A stretch of DNA of 64,000 nt from Eledone cirrhosa (Eukaryota): the NCBI GenBank assembly GCA_964016885.1, contig OZ024740.1:105648001-105712000 (forward strand), in the 5' to 3' direction. Positions 1 to 12,929 of the stretch are shown piece by piece. Positions within the stretch are counted from its first letter, which is position 1; every line of letters begins with the position of its first letter. Below the pieces are notes generated by a model. It searched no databases. It was not told the origin of the DNA and saw only the letters and a program-made list of their open reading frames with translations. The position numbers and the translations under genes are program-made.

Positions 1-242
1 AGATACAAATACACTTTAGTGATTACAATAATATCCACATCATTCAATCGACGAACCACAGTGACCTATATAATAGGGACAAAATATAGCGCACACACAA
101 TGAATGAAAACACTTTCCTCACAACAGGAATATTTGAAATGTCACCGTAAATATGAACACCAAAAATATGGGTTTGATACGGTATCAGATAACGAGCAGA
201 GATAAAGAATGAATAAATGGTTAGATACGTAGTTGTAGAAAT

Positions 243-368
243 GGCTATGCATCCACGTGTTTCTGTGCAGCAACTTTGGGGACTGTCTTCTAACATGGCT
301 TTGAGTGGAGGAATCCCTTGTCAGTGAAATTTGATAAATGGAAACTGCATGGAAACCTGTCGTAAATG
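243..368 (+). mobile_element. Degenerate SINE fragment (family 2)
   Basis: 'gtcttctaacatgg...ccttgtcagtgaaatttgataaatggaaactg' is related to reverse-strand copies at ~37330-37565 and ~63460-63785. Confidence 0.45.
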
Positions 369-417
369 TTTAAAAATAGTACACATCTATATATGTACCT
401 ACATATAAGTACATCTT

Positions 418-452
<35 letters not shown>

Positions 453-458
453 GTATAT

Positions 459-846
459 AACAATTATTTCTACTTTTGGCACAAGGCCAGCAATTACCCA
501 GTACATTAGGGGTACTTTATTTTATCGACCCTGTAAGGATGAAAGGCAAAGTTAACTTCGACAGAATTTGAACTCAGACCATAAAGGGATGTATCTATGC
601 TGGAAAGCATGGCGTGCGACCCTCTACCGATACTGCCAATGCACCGCCCATATAAAATAATTGTTTCTACTTTAGACACAAGGCCAGCAATTATCCAGTG
701 CATTACTGGTACTTTATTTTATCGACCCCGTAAGGATGAAAGGCAAAGTCAACCTCGGCGGGATTTGAACTCAGATCGTAAAGGGACGTAACTATGCTGG
801 AAAGCATGGCGTCCAACCCTCAACCGATACTGCCAATCACCGCCCA
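459..846 (-). mobile_element. Two tandem ~190-bp tRNA-derived SINE copies (family 1)
   Basis: Two direct copies (459-649, 657-846), both reverse complements of the copy at 1065-1246. Confidence 0.8.
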
Positions 847-896
847 TATAAAATAATGGTAGTTAAGACGGGATTAAATCACCATAGTTGTTTATT

Positions 897-947
897 GCAT
901 TATATATATTTCTGTTACATGGTTATTCATGTGACTTCATCAGATGC
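897..947 (-). ncRNA. Type I hammerhead ribozyme motif, canonical core
   Basis: Minus strand reads GCAU-CUGAUGA-a-GUCACAUG-aauaac-CAUGUAAC-a-GAAA-UAUAUAU-A/AUGC. Stem I is GCAU/AUGC, stem II pairs 7 of 8, and stem III is palindromic. Confidence 0.65.
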
Positions 948-1064
948 TTGCACAATCATTGGTGCAGGTATGTATTCATTGTGATATGCCGGTGGCCATG
1001 CACGTCCATCCAGTAGTGAAGTGGTTCAACATATTATGGGGATTTAATCCCATCTTAACTTCCA

Positions 1065-1246
1065 TTGGCAGTATCGGTAGAGGGTTGGACGCCATGCTTT
1101 CTAGCATAGTTACGTCCCTTTACAGATTGAGTTCAAATCCCGCCGAGGTTAACTTTGCCTTTTATCCTTACGGGGTCGATAAAATAAAGTACCAGTGATG
1201 TACTGGGTAATTGCTGCCCTTGTGCCAAAAGTAGAAACAATTATTT
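1065..1246 (+). mobile_element. tRNA-derived SINE (family 1)
   Basis: Pol III A-box-like TGGCAGTATCGG (1066-1077) and B-box GAGTTCAAATCC (1129-1140), followed by the conserved body 'tttgccttttatccttacggggtcgataaaataaagtacc'. Several copies occur in the window. Confidence 0.8.
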
Positions 1247-1427
1247 GATAAATGAATACTCCGTCACTCATTATCACCTACCTGGGATAAACTACTGATG
1301 TGTAGTGTTTTTCGTCGCTAGGATCTGCTTATCATAGGGAAGTTACTACGTAACAACTAATATATACAACACTCTTGTACAATATACATATATATTTATA
1401 TAAATAAAGATATATATAAATAAATAA

Positions 1428-1503
<76 letters not shown>

Positions 1504-1573
1504 TATTCTGGGTTGAGTCGGAGGTAACCACAGTAAGTAATGTACTCAAAACAAAGCAGAGTAGAAAAGTTTG

Positions 1574-1691
1574 AATATAGAAGAGCTTCTACAGGACTAG
1601 AACTGTTTCATTCGTGAGAAAGCATCAGGAAGCCTCCTGATGATTTCTCACGAATGAAACAGTTCTAGTCCTGTAGATGCTCTTCTATATT
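1574..1691. repeat. ~57-bp-arm near-perfect palindrome made of two head-to-head HHR-like units
   Basis: Arms 1574-1630 and 1635-1691 are reverse complements. The + arm has CTGATGA..GAAAC..GTC. Confidence 0.75.
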
Positions 1692-1710
1692 ATATATATA
1701 TATATATATA

Positions 1711-4700
1711 CTACCAGATTTACCCGGCGTTGCCCGGGGTTTGAAATTATGCTAAGAATATACAGCTAGGAAGTAAAAGAAGAAAATGATTTGTCCCCAA
1801 CCTGTCAAAATAAGCAGAAGTCTTCAATAAATAATTCAAACGAATATTTAGTGCAATCTTTGTACACATAAAACTATGCCGGTAATGAATGAAAACACTG
1901 AACAGGATGTATTTATACAAATGATTAAAGACAATACATGTTGCAAATCTGTAAAAAAAACAGGCACTTTTGCTAAAGTACAAAAAGTTGTAATGAAAGC
2001 AGAGTTGTATACAAACAAAAAAACAATGAGAGTAGAATAAGAGAAAATCTATTCTTTGAGAGCATCCATTACCGTGTATGGTTAAATTTTGAACTTATAA
2101 TCCAAAATATCCTGCATGACATATTCATTGGTATGTTTTGTAATGAGTAAGGTGAAGTCAAGGCAGAGCTGTAATAAGTTTTTTTGTTAACACTAAAGCA
2201 CTTCAGGATAGACGATATTCTTTGTTTTTCTTTTCGGAACAAACGCACAGATCATCTCGACTGCCAACTCGTGAGCAGGCAACGTAGAATTGTCCGTGCG
2301 AAAAGCAAGGTTCATCCAAGTGAATTCCAGCGACGGACAGAGTTTGACCTTCCGACTTGTTTATGGACATCGCAAAGGCAACACGAAGGGGAAATTGGGT
2401 TCGGCGAAAGGAGAAGGGAGTATCCACGCCTGATGTAGTCAGGCTAATTTTTGTTATTATCACATCCTCGCCTTTTCCACATCCGGATAGAATGGTAGCG
2501 TCAATACTAAGTGGAGACAGTTTTTTAACCACAAGGCATGTACCATTACATAGTTTTGGATGAGTGATATTTCTCAGCAAAATAACTGGTGTTCCCTCTT
2601 TCAGAGCCAATGTATTAGGAGGTAAACCAGGAGGATTTAAAGAATTTAGAAATTCAACTGGATAATTGACCGCATCCTGTTGATCACATAAAGTATCAAT
2701 AGATTTATATATCCGTGGACATCCAGGAAGAAGCTGAAGAAGCTAATCGTTAATACAGCTAACCGTGATATTTTTGGGTGCAAGAATGGCTCTTTCGCAT
2801 AGCCAATCAAGATTCGTATAGTTATCACGCAAGTTCGGGAATACACTCGCCTTGAGATCATCGACAGTTTCAACTACATTGCAGATGTGATCAATTGTTA
2901 TGTGTCCATCTGTATCCGGAGGTAGGTTACCATCTCATATTGTAAGAATGTCTCCAGAAAATGTTGATGACAGAGGGTCCCCATGCAACCTTGCACGCAT
3001 GTTGGTAGTTAGTCTTAATGATGTCACTTGTCGCCACAATGGTGAAGACTTAAGGCATGCATTTACCGCATCTGCTCTTGTTCCTTTCGGTATTATAGGA
3101 AGAGTCTGTCTGAAGTCTCCTGATAGCAGAAGGGTGACACCCCCCATAACATCACTGCAATCCCGTATGTCTTGCAAAGACCTGTCTAGTGCCTCAATAG
3201 AACCTTTGTGCGCCATTGTGCACTCATCCCAAACAGTAAGGTGAAACCTTCGCAGCAGATGAGCCCTTTCGGAGTCTTTGGTGATATGACATGTAGGAGT
3301 TTCCAATTTTGCCAAATCAAGGGGCAATTTAAAAACTGAATGTGCCGTCCTTCAACCAGGGAGCAAAGTTGCTGCGATTCCAGAGGACGCAACTGCTATT
3401 GCTATGTCCTTATTCTGTTTAACCTTTGCAAGAATAAGTTTAGTAACGAAAGTTTTTCCTGTCCCCCCTGGAGCATCGAGGAAAAATATGCCACCCTTCT
3501 TGAAATACCGATTCAGTAATGGTGGTATAAGCCAGTCGCTGATCAGCTAGAAGTTTTGGCTCATTATCTGTGATGTAGAGGCCGATATCATGGATGTCAT
3601 AAGAAGTCTCCTGTATGATATCTGTGGAAAGTTTGCTTGAGTCCGTGCGACGAGTTTCTAGTAAACCGTAGTCACGTAAAACCTTTCCTCCAATCAGAGC
3701 TAACTTGTCCTCAATATCAATGAGAGCTCTGTTGTAGAATTTATTACTAAAGCCGACCTCTATTTCTAGAAGCAGCAATTGTGTTTAGTGTCTGTAGTCG
3801 TCTATTACTTCATCCCTATATTTCATCCACAAAGACAGAGGATCAGATAAGTGGCACGAGTGCAAAAGTACCGCAAATAAATTTCTTAGGCTGGCAAGTG
3901 AATGTCAAAGAGCAACATCCGCCATCGTTGCACCCCACTGCGAACCATCTTCCAGCAATCCACGCCTTAAACATGCCTTTGTGTATGTTGGAAGAACTTG
4001 TCTGTCTAACGTTCGGAGATCATCAAAGCAGGTTGGTCCTCTGACCTCATGTAGTAGCATGCGAAGGTGGAAGCACTCGTGTTGGTTTGGGGGCACAGTA
4101 TAAACTCTGCCCAAGCACTCGTTGAACTTGATGCCTGGATAACCTTCGACACACTGTCCTGTTTTTCTTCGCTTCCATGTATTTTTGTCCCAGGTATAGT
4201 AAGATGGGACTTGTAGATATAGTAAGGTTTTAGCAAATGGATCTTCTTGACATAGTTTAAAGAAAGCGGTAAGAGTAGTATCCTTTGGTTCTTGTGCTAA
4301 CTGAGCAGCTGATGCATTCGTAAAATATACTCTCTGGCCGATCTCCAGGTGCACTTGAAGTTTTTGAACAGCAGGTTGCCGTTGATGTATAAAAAATCCG
4401 AAAATCTGCCAGAACGCTTCATTAGAGCTAATGTAACTTCCAGTTTGGTACTGGGCCACTTCATCTCGGCTGTTTACCCGAAGTAATCCAAACATAGCAG
4501 CATCAGAGCCTTTATTAATGTACTTACAAATGTATTTTATAGATTTAATCGAATTACAGTATTCTACGTTGATGTGTGCATCAACAATCTTTATAAGGAG
4601 TGGATTATATGGAACAACCCATCTGTTGTCAACCTCATGTTTGCCAACCCTTGCTGTGAATCCACCATATTCGGGTCTTCTCCGGCGATATAGTGGGCAT

Positions 4701-7700
4701 CCGTAATAACCAGTCTGAGTGTCCTTAAGGAACCGTCGGGGAACTTTTTTTGAGAACCTAGACTTGTCCTTAACACACGGTAGGTTGTTGTGAAATCCAT
4801 GTCCACATGGGCCATGCACCATGTGTGCTTTAACTTTTTGGTAAAGGTCCCTGTCGATTGCTGGATCCGTAAACTCAGCAGAAATGACATTGTCAATTTC
4901 ATCTGATCTAAGTTTTGTCTTTAACCAGATCAGAATGTGGGCATGTGGCAAGCCTCGTTTTTGCCACTCAATTGTAAGCATGTCACATTGTACTGGGCCA
5001 AAGATTTCACCTGTTTTGATAAGTTCCATGAGCTTAATCAACTAAAGATGGCAAACTCTGTCAATAAGATCCTGCCTGGCTGTGGCTTTTTGACCTGGAA
5101 AGAGTTCTTTCTGAACCTCTTCCCATTTTGGGTTTGAAGTGAAAGTAATAAACAAATCTGGTTTACCGAAGAGGCGCACAATAGTTAAAACATCTTGAAT
5201 TTTTTCGAAAAAGAACCGAGGACTTCTTGTGAAAGATGAAGGCAGGATGCACAACAGTCCAATACTATCAGGATCTGCATCATTGTTTATTCCATCACGA
5301 AGGTGAATGTAAGTGTCACAGCGAAGTTGTTTCTGATTAAGTCGAATGAAGCATAATCTCTCGGACTCCATTTTTGCGAACATGTCAACTGCCAATTGAT
5401 TGAAGAGGTCTTGTGATCGGTGCAGCTGGTTGAAGCAGTTGTCGCGGATCATGAATCGGAAAGCGTAAAAATGCATGCACGTGACAATTTTCGTGGTATA
5501 CTCATCTTGGTTTGTGGAATTAATTTGAGGAATTCCGAAATCGTATCCATCCTCACCATAAACAAATAATAGCGGATACTGGAGTGCGTCGTAAGATCGA
5601 TGGGTTTCACTTATTCTATTAAGGCTGTTGTTTCGTCGCTTGATAATAATGTCTCCCTTGTTGTGCTGCTCTCCACTAATAACGATGGCTACCTCATTAC
5701 AAGTAGGTGCATTATACCGGTCCGCATGCTCTCCAGATGGTCTCGCATCAGCGTAAATGACGATATCGTAATTTGGCGAAGGTGCTTCTTCTAAAGCATA
5801 CTTGAAGCTTTGAATGTAGCTATTGTTAGAGTGAAGCATGTCTTGGAGGTCAATCAAGAGTTCCAGTTTAGTGTCTAAAGTGTACGATTGCCGTCGATCT
5901 GCTTACTGATGACAGTTAACAATAAAGTAAACCTGTAAAAATTGTGGCTCTTCAGTAGGCAGCTGTTGCAGTGATCCAATGAGATGATGCAGCTGGCCCT
6001 GTACTTTGAAAGTCGGCATAAATCCATCTTCTTTCAGACGTTTTGCACCGAAAGAGGTCATTTGAAACGCAATGTTGTACTGTCGGATATGCTTCAGAAA
6101 ATCATGTGATTGTGAATGCTTACCTGTTAGAAGCATCTGGAGAGGTTGCGGTGGTTCCCTAAGGGTGGGCAAATTAACCTTACCATTGGAGCAGCACATT
6201 CCAGCCGATTCTCTCGCCCACTTTTTAGCTTTACAATGTTGGCAAGTATTTGACATGGCATATATTTGAATATCAGGTTGGATTTGATAATTTATATTAG
6301 GGTCATAATTAACTGCCTTAAGGTACCATCGTGAGCGTGATGCCTTTGAAATACCCCGCAATAAAGCTCTACGTTGAGCGTTACCCTCCAGCCGAATAGC
6401 TCGACTTGTTACGGTCTCTACACCTTGTGCCGTAGCAGTAGCTGAAGCATTTCTCAATTGGCGACTTTGACGTTCTTGCTCAGTCTCAATTGCTCTTGCT
6501 GCAGCATTAGCTGAAGCATTACGCGCACGGTGTGTTTCATATTTTTGTACTGTCTCTGCAGATCTTGCTGCAGCAGTATCTGTACCATCCATAGAAAGGC
6601 GTGTTTCACGTTGCTCTGTAGTCTCTCCAGCTCGTGCTGCAGCAGTTGCTTTAGCATTATTGGTTCGCCTCACTAACCGACGCTCAGCGGCGGACAAAGA
6701 TGCTGCAATAACTGTACTCACCGCATTTTGTGATTGTCTATTTTCGGTTATCGGCGGAGCGTAATTTACACGCATTGTTTTCTTCGACCGAGGGGTCAAA
6801 GTCCGAGAGCCAATATGTGCATACTTTCTTTTACGGGGCATATTTGGTGAGAAATTGTAAAGTCAAAATGTATGAATTGAAGCGTTACAGTAAAATTAAA
6901 AATATACTGGCAAAACTTAACAAATCCTTTGAATAACTACATCCTGTTCAGTATGTTCCTTCATTGTCAAAAAAGTTAGATGTGTACGAATACAGCTGGA
7001 AGCATAGATAATGCCTGCCTCAAATGTGGACGAAATTACTTTAAAAATGTAAAAGTTGTAGGTCCCAATGGTTTGAATGGAAAGTCCCATAAGGATTTTC
7101 TAAAACTAAACAAACCATCATCAAAATCTCGTCAATTCGAGACTGCTGCGAGATTAGGCCCTTACCGCGAAAATTAACACTTAATATAGTGAAACAAGTT
7201 AAAACAACAAAGGTTTTTTTAACTTTGAAAGTGCAACAAATTTTTTTTTTGTATCAACATGGCTTATGAAAGTAGCGATACCGACTTTGAAGATTTTACA
7301 CATGACGACATTCAGTATAAACAAGAAACAAACGATAATATTAGTGATTTATCTTCAAATGAATCTGATGTTTATATTTCTGAAATTTCGTCTGACGATG
7401 ATTGTTGTTTTGAAAGTGAAAACGAAGGTCTCCATATCTCCCCTCTCTCACTCTCTTTATAAGGATTGTCAATAAAGTTGGTTATTTCCCTTACATCATG
7501 CACTTTAGAAAAAATAATTTAGCTACCGATAATTTTGCTATCGATTTTTTATTGCTCAACGTGGGTCGATTTGAAAAACTTTTGTGATGTGACCATCTTA
7601 GCGACAGGTGCAACGTGCACAGAAAATTTGGTCAAATTGGGTTGGTAATTGTAAAAGCCTTAGGTATCCAAAGTTGTACATAGACACACACACATCCTCG

Positions 7701-7716
7701 CTTTTATATATATAGA
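1711..7716 (-). mobile_element. Full-length but decayed autonomous Helitron
   Basis: 5' end A|TCTATATATATAAAAGCG at 7716. The 3' end has the hairpin CCCGGGCAACGCCGGG then CTGG|T or GTAG|T at 1711-1717. Rep-helicase coding fragments lie inside. Confidence 0.92.
2203..6841 (-). pseudogene. Helitron Rep (HUH Y2)-PIF1 helicase transposase, broken by stops and frameshifts
   Basis: Collinear fragments: ETxEQRxxRL repeats, CQHCKAKKW..MCCSNGKV, DLFITFTSNPKW, IEWQKRGLPHAHIL (HUH), KYICKYINKG (Y2), WDECTM, GDFRQTLP, QFPLRVAFAMSINKSEGQTL, FSHGQFYVACSRV. Confidence 0.95.
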
Positions 7717-8005
7717 TATAATAAAGAAAAAATGAAACATTCATTCGATTCGTTTGCAATTATACAAACAGTTCTGTTCGCATGCCAACACAAGAGCAAG
7801 AATGAAGTTGTTCATTCTACTGACATGGCTATAAAAATGAGGCTTGTTTGTATAATTGCAAACGAATCGAATGTTATTATTAATATTCGAAAACCTCAGA
7901 TTACATTTATTGTATTCAGTCATGTAGAGCGAACATTCTTTCTTTATTATTTGAATATGGCAAAGCCGGCCATTCATCGCTCGTATACAGGAAACTGACT
8001 GGCCA

Positions 8006-8057
8006 GTCTGCTAATATGCAAATCTGACTGATCAGCCCGTCTGCTAATATGCAAATC
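8006..8057 (+). repeat. Two 19-bp direct repeats containing the octamer ATGCAAAT
   Basis: GTCTGCTAATATGCAAATC at 8006 and 8039. Confidence 0.6.
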
Positions 8058-8289
8058 AGGCCGATCAGTCACTGTATATTTTAGAAAATAGCATATATTT
8101 TCACTAGCTCTGACAGTTGGCAAGTGAACAGTGAGCTGTACTGATATATACATATATATATCTTTGTGTCTGTGTGGGTGAATCGGTGAATTCTATATAT
8201 ATACCGATGAAAAGCTACTGTTCAAAATGTACAATAAACAAGAATTTTCGATATTTATTCGGTCTGCGTCGCACTTGGAATTTTGTCAT

Positions 8290-11200
8290 CATAAATGGTG
8301 GAGGGGAGTGACTGTCATCTTTCGGATAAACCTGGATCTCGAAGTACAGCAAGTACACTTGGACCCGGAGGGTAGACTGGTAGTCCTAGACGTGAACAGT
8401 ATTGAAGGTGGAGCCTTCAGACTGGTGGCCGTTTATGCCCCGACCGGGCAATCACAATCGCGGCCAGACTTCTTTAAGCGTCTAGAGTAATTTCTGGGAA
8501 CGTCTCGCTCCTTGCTTTTAGTGGGGGACTGGAATGGTATCCTAGATGCACGATGGGACTATGTGGGTGTCCAAGTAGAGCAGGGTGCAGCAGCCTCAAA
8601 ATTCTAATCGGCCAATTCCAACTGGCCGATAGATATCGACTAGATTTCCCGACTGCACCACAGTGGACGTGGGCAAACCGCAGCGGGACATCTAGATCGT
8701 ATCTAGATAGGTTTTTCATTAGAGAGGACAAGAAGATGTTAAGCTGTCCACTAATACACATGGTTGCCTATTCAGATCACAAACTAGTCGTCTGCATAGC
8801 CAACCGTGATAGAATACATAGACAAGGACCTGGATACTGGAAGCTGAACGTGTCGTTGCCGGCACGAAAAACCTACAGTGAACGGATAAGTAGATTAGTT
8901 AAGCAAGAGTTGACGGGAGCCATCGTCAACAATAGATGGTGGTACTCTCTCAAGAGAGCAATTAGGATAGAATTGACAGAGTTTAGCAGAGAAAAACAAA
9001 TCAGAAACAGAACTAGTAGCCAAGGTAGAAAAGGCGCTTAGGAGTGGCAACGCAGCTAGAGTGGACCAGTTCTTCGACGCGAAACACGAAGGCTGCGTGG
9101 TCAGAAGTTAATCACGTGCTCTCGGAAACGAGATAGCAAAAGCTGTTAGCTTGGCCCGAGTGGCGGAAGCGAAAAGTGGCAACAAGTACACGATTTAGTC
9201 TTTGAAAGACCAAAACGGACGCGTGCTACTTGACCTCAGGCAGATGTGCGCGGCCTTTAAGCGGCACTTTGCGCGACAGTTTGAGCAGAACCACGGTACA
9301 CCGAACGAGGCAATGGACTTTGGTTCATACCTCAACGGCCTGCCGCGTCTCTCGAGCATGGACGCCGAGTTCTGCGAAAGACCGATCACAGCCACTGAGA
9401 TACGGGACGCTCTGGGTTGGTGCTGGAAACGAAAATCACCCGGTCTAGATGGTCTACCCTATGAGTTTTACATAGGTATGCCGGACTTGTTCTCTGGCGT
9501 CCTCGAAGCTGTCTACTGCAATTGGCAGCAGAACGGGACAATTCCCAGTTCTACAGGCAAGGGCGTAGTAACGCTGATCAGGAAGGACGAGAAGAAGGGG
9601 GACGAAATAAACAATTTCAGGCCCATAACTCTGCCCAACACAGGAGTTAAGGATTTTGGCCAAGATGCTAGCAACGAGGCTGGCGCTTGTCGTCAAAAAC
9701 CTGGTAGGGAAAGCGCAAACGTGTGCAATCCCGACCAGGTCCATACACGACAACCTCCACCTCATGCGATACATCATAAAGAGGGTGGGGTGTAAACCCG
9801 GCTTCGGGGGGGGGGGGGGGGGCTCTGATCAATTTAGATCAGTCTACGGCATTCGACAGGGTCGACCATCGATACTTGGAAGCGGTTCTCAAGGCGGCTG
9901 GTTTCGGTCCCATTTTCAGAGGCTGGATCAAGGCTATGAACACCAGCATCTGCTCGAAGGTGAAGGTGAACGGCTACCCAAAGGAGCCGTTCGTAATCAC
10001 GCGTTCCATTCGACATGGATGCCCTCTCTCCTCCATTCTGTACGTATTGACTCTAGAGCCACTACTGCGAAAGTTGGAGCTTTTGCAGGGCATCCCTTTA
10101 GAACCGGGACTGCGAAAAGCGGTGTTGGCTTATCCCGACGACGTGACGGTAATGGTGTCGAAAACCTCGGAAATCGAGGTAATCGGCAACCTACTACACG
10201 AATATGAAAGGTTCACAGGAGCAAAACTGAACCCGGACAAGTCTGTCGGTTTGAAACTCGGAACATGTCGGACGCTGGACGGAAGGACCAGTGAAATTGC
10301 TCAGGGTCTGGAGAAAAACTGGAACGAAGTCATGGCCAAGGTATTTGCGCTCACCCAGAAGTGGGCAGAGGGCAAACTGGCTTTGAAAGTTCGAGCGGAG
10401 GTGGCGAACACTTTCATAGCGTCCGTCATCTACTACCGCTTGACTGTCGTGCCTTGTTCCCGTGAATACCCCGCCAAGACGGAACGCATGCTCTTCCAGT
10501 TCCTGTGGAAGAAGCAGGCTCCACTGGTGAGGAGATCCGTCTGCTGTCAACACGCTTTCAACGGAGGGCTGGGCATGCCGTGGCTAATGATGCACAAACA
10601 TGCGCTGAGGCTACGTCATCTCCAGGTATTCCTCACCGACCAACCAGTGTAGGCACCGTTTGTGAGACAGGCCTTCCCACAACTTGTCTCCCTGACAGAG
10701 CTACAGTCCTGGGTCAAGCGAAGACTGAAGAAGATGGGCGCTTGGCACATTGAATGCGCCGAGGCGCTCACAGTCCTCTGTCAAGCGGGCACAGCAATCA
10801 GTGGAGACTCCACTTCGACATTCTATAGAGGGTTAGTACTTTACAAGTGCGACGACGTGCTCTGGGCGACTCTAGGCGTTGAAGACGACGAGCTCACTAG
10901 TCTGCTCGGTAGGACTTTCCGCCCGGGACCTATGGACAACTTCCGGAGGTCCCTGGCCTGGCAATGCTACCGAGGAGCTCTACCCGTTCGAGACAAGATC
11001 TACAGGCACGGACGCTCCGACAGCGATCCTTCCAAGAGGACGCGTCCAAGATGCGAGCAGGACATTGAAACCGTCTTGCACGCAATTGTACACCGCCCGG
11101 GCGTAAGCGACCTGTGGAACTATGCAGAACAACTGCTGTTGCGTATGGGACAAATCCAGTTGACTTCCGAGTCCATAGTAAGGATCAAACCGCCAGACTC

Positions 11201-11630
11201 TTTCAAAAACAAAAGAGAGGCGGTTTTCCTCTGTACAGTGGCTATGGTGAAAGAGGTTATATGGTGGACGAGATTGAGAGGACTGAGGACAGATGCCTTT
11301 CTCTCCGGACAACAATTGATTCCCTTCTTTAAGTATCACTTTAGAAGGAGAATCAGAGTGGAGAGAGAGGCACTGCACCCCAGTAAATTTACTGAAAGGT
11401 GGGTGAATGAAGCGAAAATGGCCCGAGTGAAGTTGAGGGTTGTTCTATCAACGAGGTATTAAACAACCCATTTGTGGAGCCTCCCCCCTATTGGGGATTT
11501 CGATTGCTATAATTGTTTGTTTCAATATTTTTCCACGACTGTATGTAAAATCCCCGGCATGTGTCTTTGTATTGTCCCCTCTTCTTTTGCGCCCTTGTGG
11601 CAAATAAAGAAATATATCTATCTATCTATC
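8290..11630 (+). mobile_element. 5'-truncated, decayed L1/Tx1-type LINE (APE endonuclease, RT, C-terminal region)
   Basis: Fragments GRLVVLDV..VYAP, GDWN, YLDRFF..SDH..GPGYWKLN, KSPGLDGLPYEFY, NFRPITL, IRHGCPLS, AYPDDVTV, GGLGMP. Ends in AATAAA (11603) plus a (TCTA)n tail. No ORF1. Confidence 0.9.
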
Positions 11631-11904
11631 ACTAGCTCTCTGTCACACCCTCCCTCCTCCCTCTCTCTATCTCTCTGTCACTCCCTCCTCCCTCTCTCTC
11701 TCCTTTAATATATATATACTTCCTCCCCTACTTTATAATATGACAACGTATGGGGACGAAAGACGTAGTCGAAGGACGAAGGCAAATGCCGCTAACATAA
11801 CTCACTTATTCTTCACTCATACTTAGATGGAATGTGAGATTATATTCTACGATTATATAAGAATGAGATTAACAAAAGATAGCTGAACGAAGAAAATGTC
11901 CACG

Positions 11905-11905
<1 letters not shown>

Positions 11906-11940
<35 letters not shown>

Positions 11941-12290
11941 TTGTTGTTGTTGTTGTTGTTGTTCTTCTTCTTCTTCTTGTGGTGGTGGTTGTGGTAAAAA
12001 TGTTGGTCATAGTATTGTTTGTGATAAAAGTGTTTGTGGTGGTGGCTTATTGGTAGAGTTTGTGTTGAAGTTGATAGTGGTAGTGGTTGTGGTGCTAATT
12101 GCGGACTATTAGTAGTGTTTGTGGTAGTGGTGATGACTAAGTTGATGGTAGTAGGGGTGGTGGAGGTGGTGATGATTTATGAGTCGATGTAGTGGTAACG
12201 GAATTGATTGCAGTGGTGGTAGTGCTGGTGGTAGTGTTGACGGTGGTGTTTTATTTTGTTTTTGTTGTTAGTGGTGTTGGTGTAATTATT
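11906..12290. repeat. Compound trinucleotide microsatellite (CTG)n(GTT)n(CTT)n grading into degenerate (GTG/GTA)n
   Basis: Directly visible. Confidence 0.85.
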
Positions 12291-12299
12291 GTTCGTTTC

Positions 12300-12690
12300 A
12301 TTAATAATTTGCACAAGGTCAGCAATCGCCCCAGCGCATTACAGGTACTTTATTTTATCGACCCCGTAAGGATGAAAGGCAAAGTTGACCTCGGTGGAAT
12401 TTGAACTCACAACGTAAAGAGCCATAACTCTATGCTGCAAAGCATGGTGTCTGACGCTCTTCCGATACTGCCAATCTACCGCCTTTCGTTTGTTTAATTA
12501 ACAATTGTTTCTACTTTTGGCACAAGGCCAGTAATTACCCCAGTGCATTAATGGTACTTTATTTTATCGACCCCCGTAGGATGAAAGGCAAAGATAAACT
12601 CGGCGGGATTTGAACTCAGATCATAAAGGGCTGTAACTCTATGCTGCAAATCATGGCGTCCGACCCTCTACCGATACTGCCAATCCACTG
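12300..12690 (-). mobile_element. Two tandem family-1 SINE copies
   Basis: 'ggtactttattttatcgacccc..ggatgaaaggcaaag..tttgaactca' occurs twice, as at 459-846. Confidence 0.8.
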
Positions 12691-12929
12691 CGATGGTGTT
12701 GATAGTGGTGATTGCCATGTGATAGAGTTAGTGTGATAGATTGTCTATTATGATGGAATCTTCGGAAAGTTGATATCGTTATGGAAGAACTAGCAAAAGA
12801 GATTTGGAATATATATCAAGATGGAGGTTGAAAAACAATGGAACTATCACCTGCAGTTTGATGAGATAAGAACACAGTAAAAAATGCCCTCTCAACACAA
12901 ATACAACAGCGATAAATGGAAATACATAA

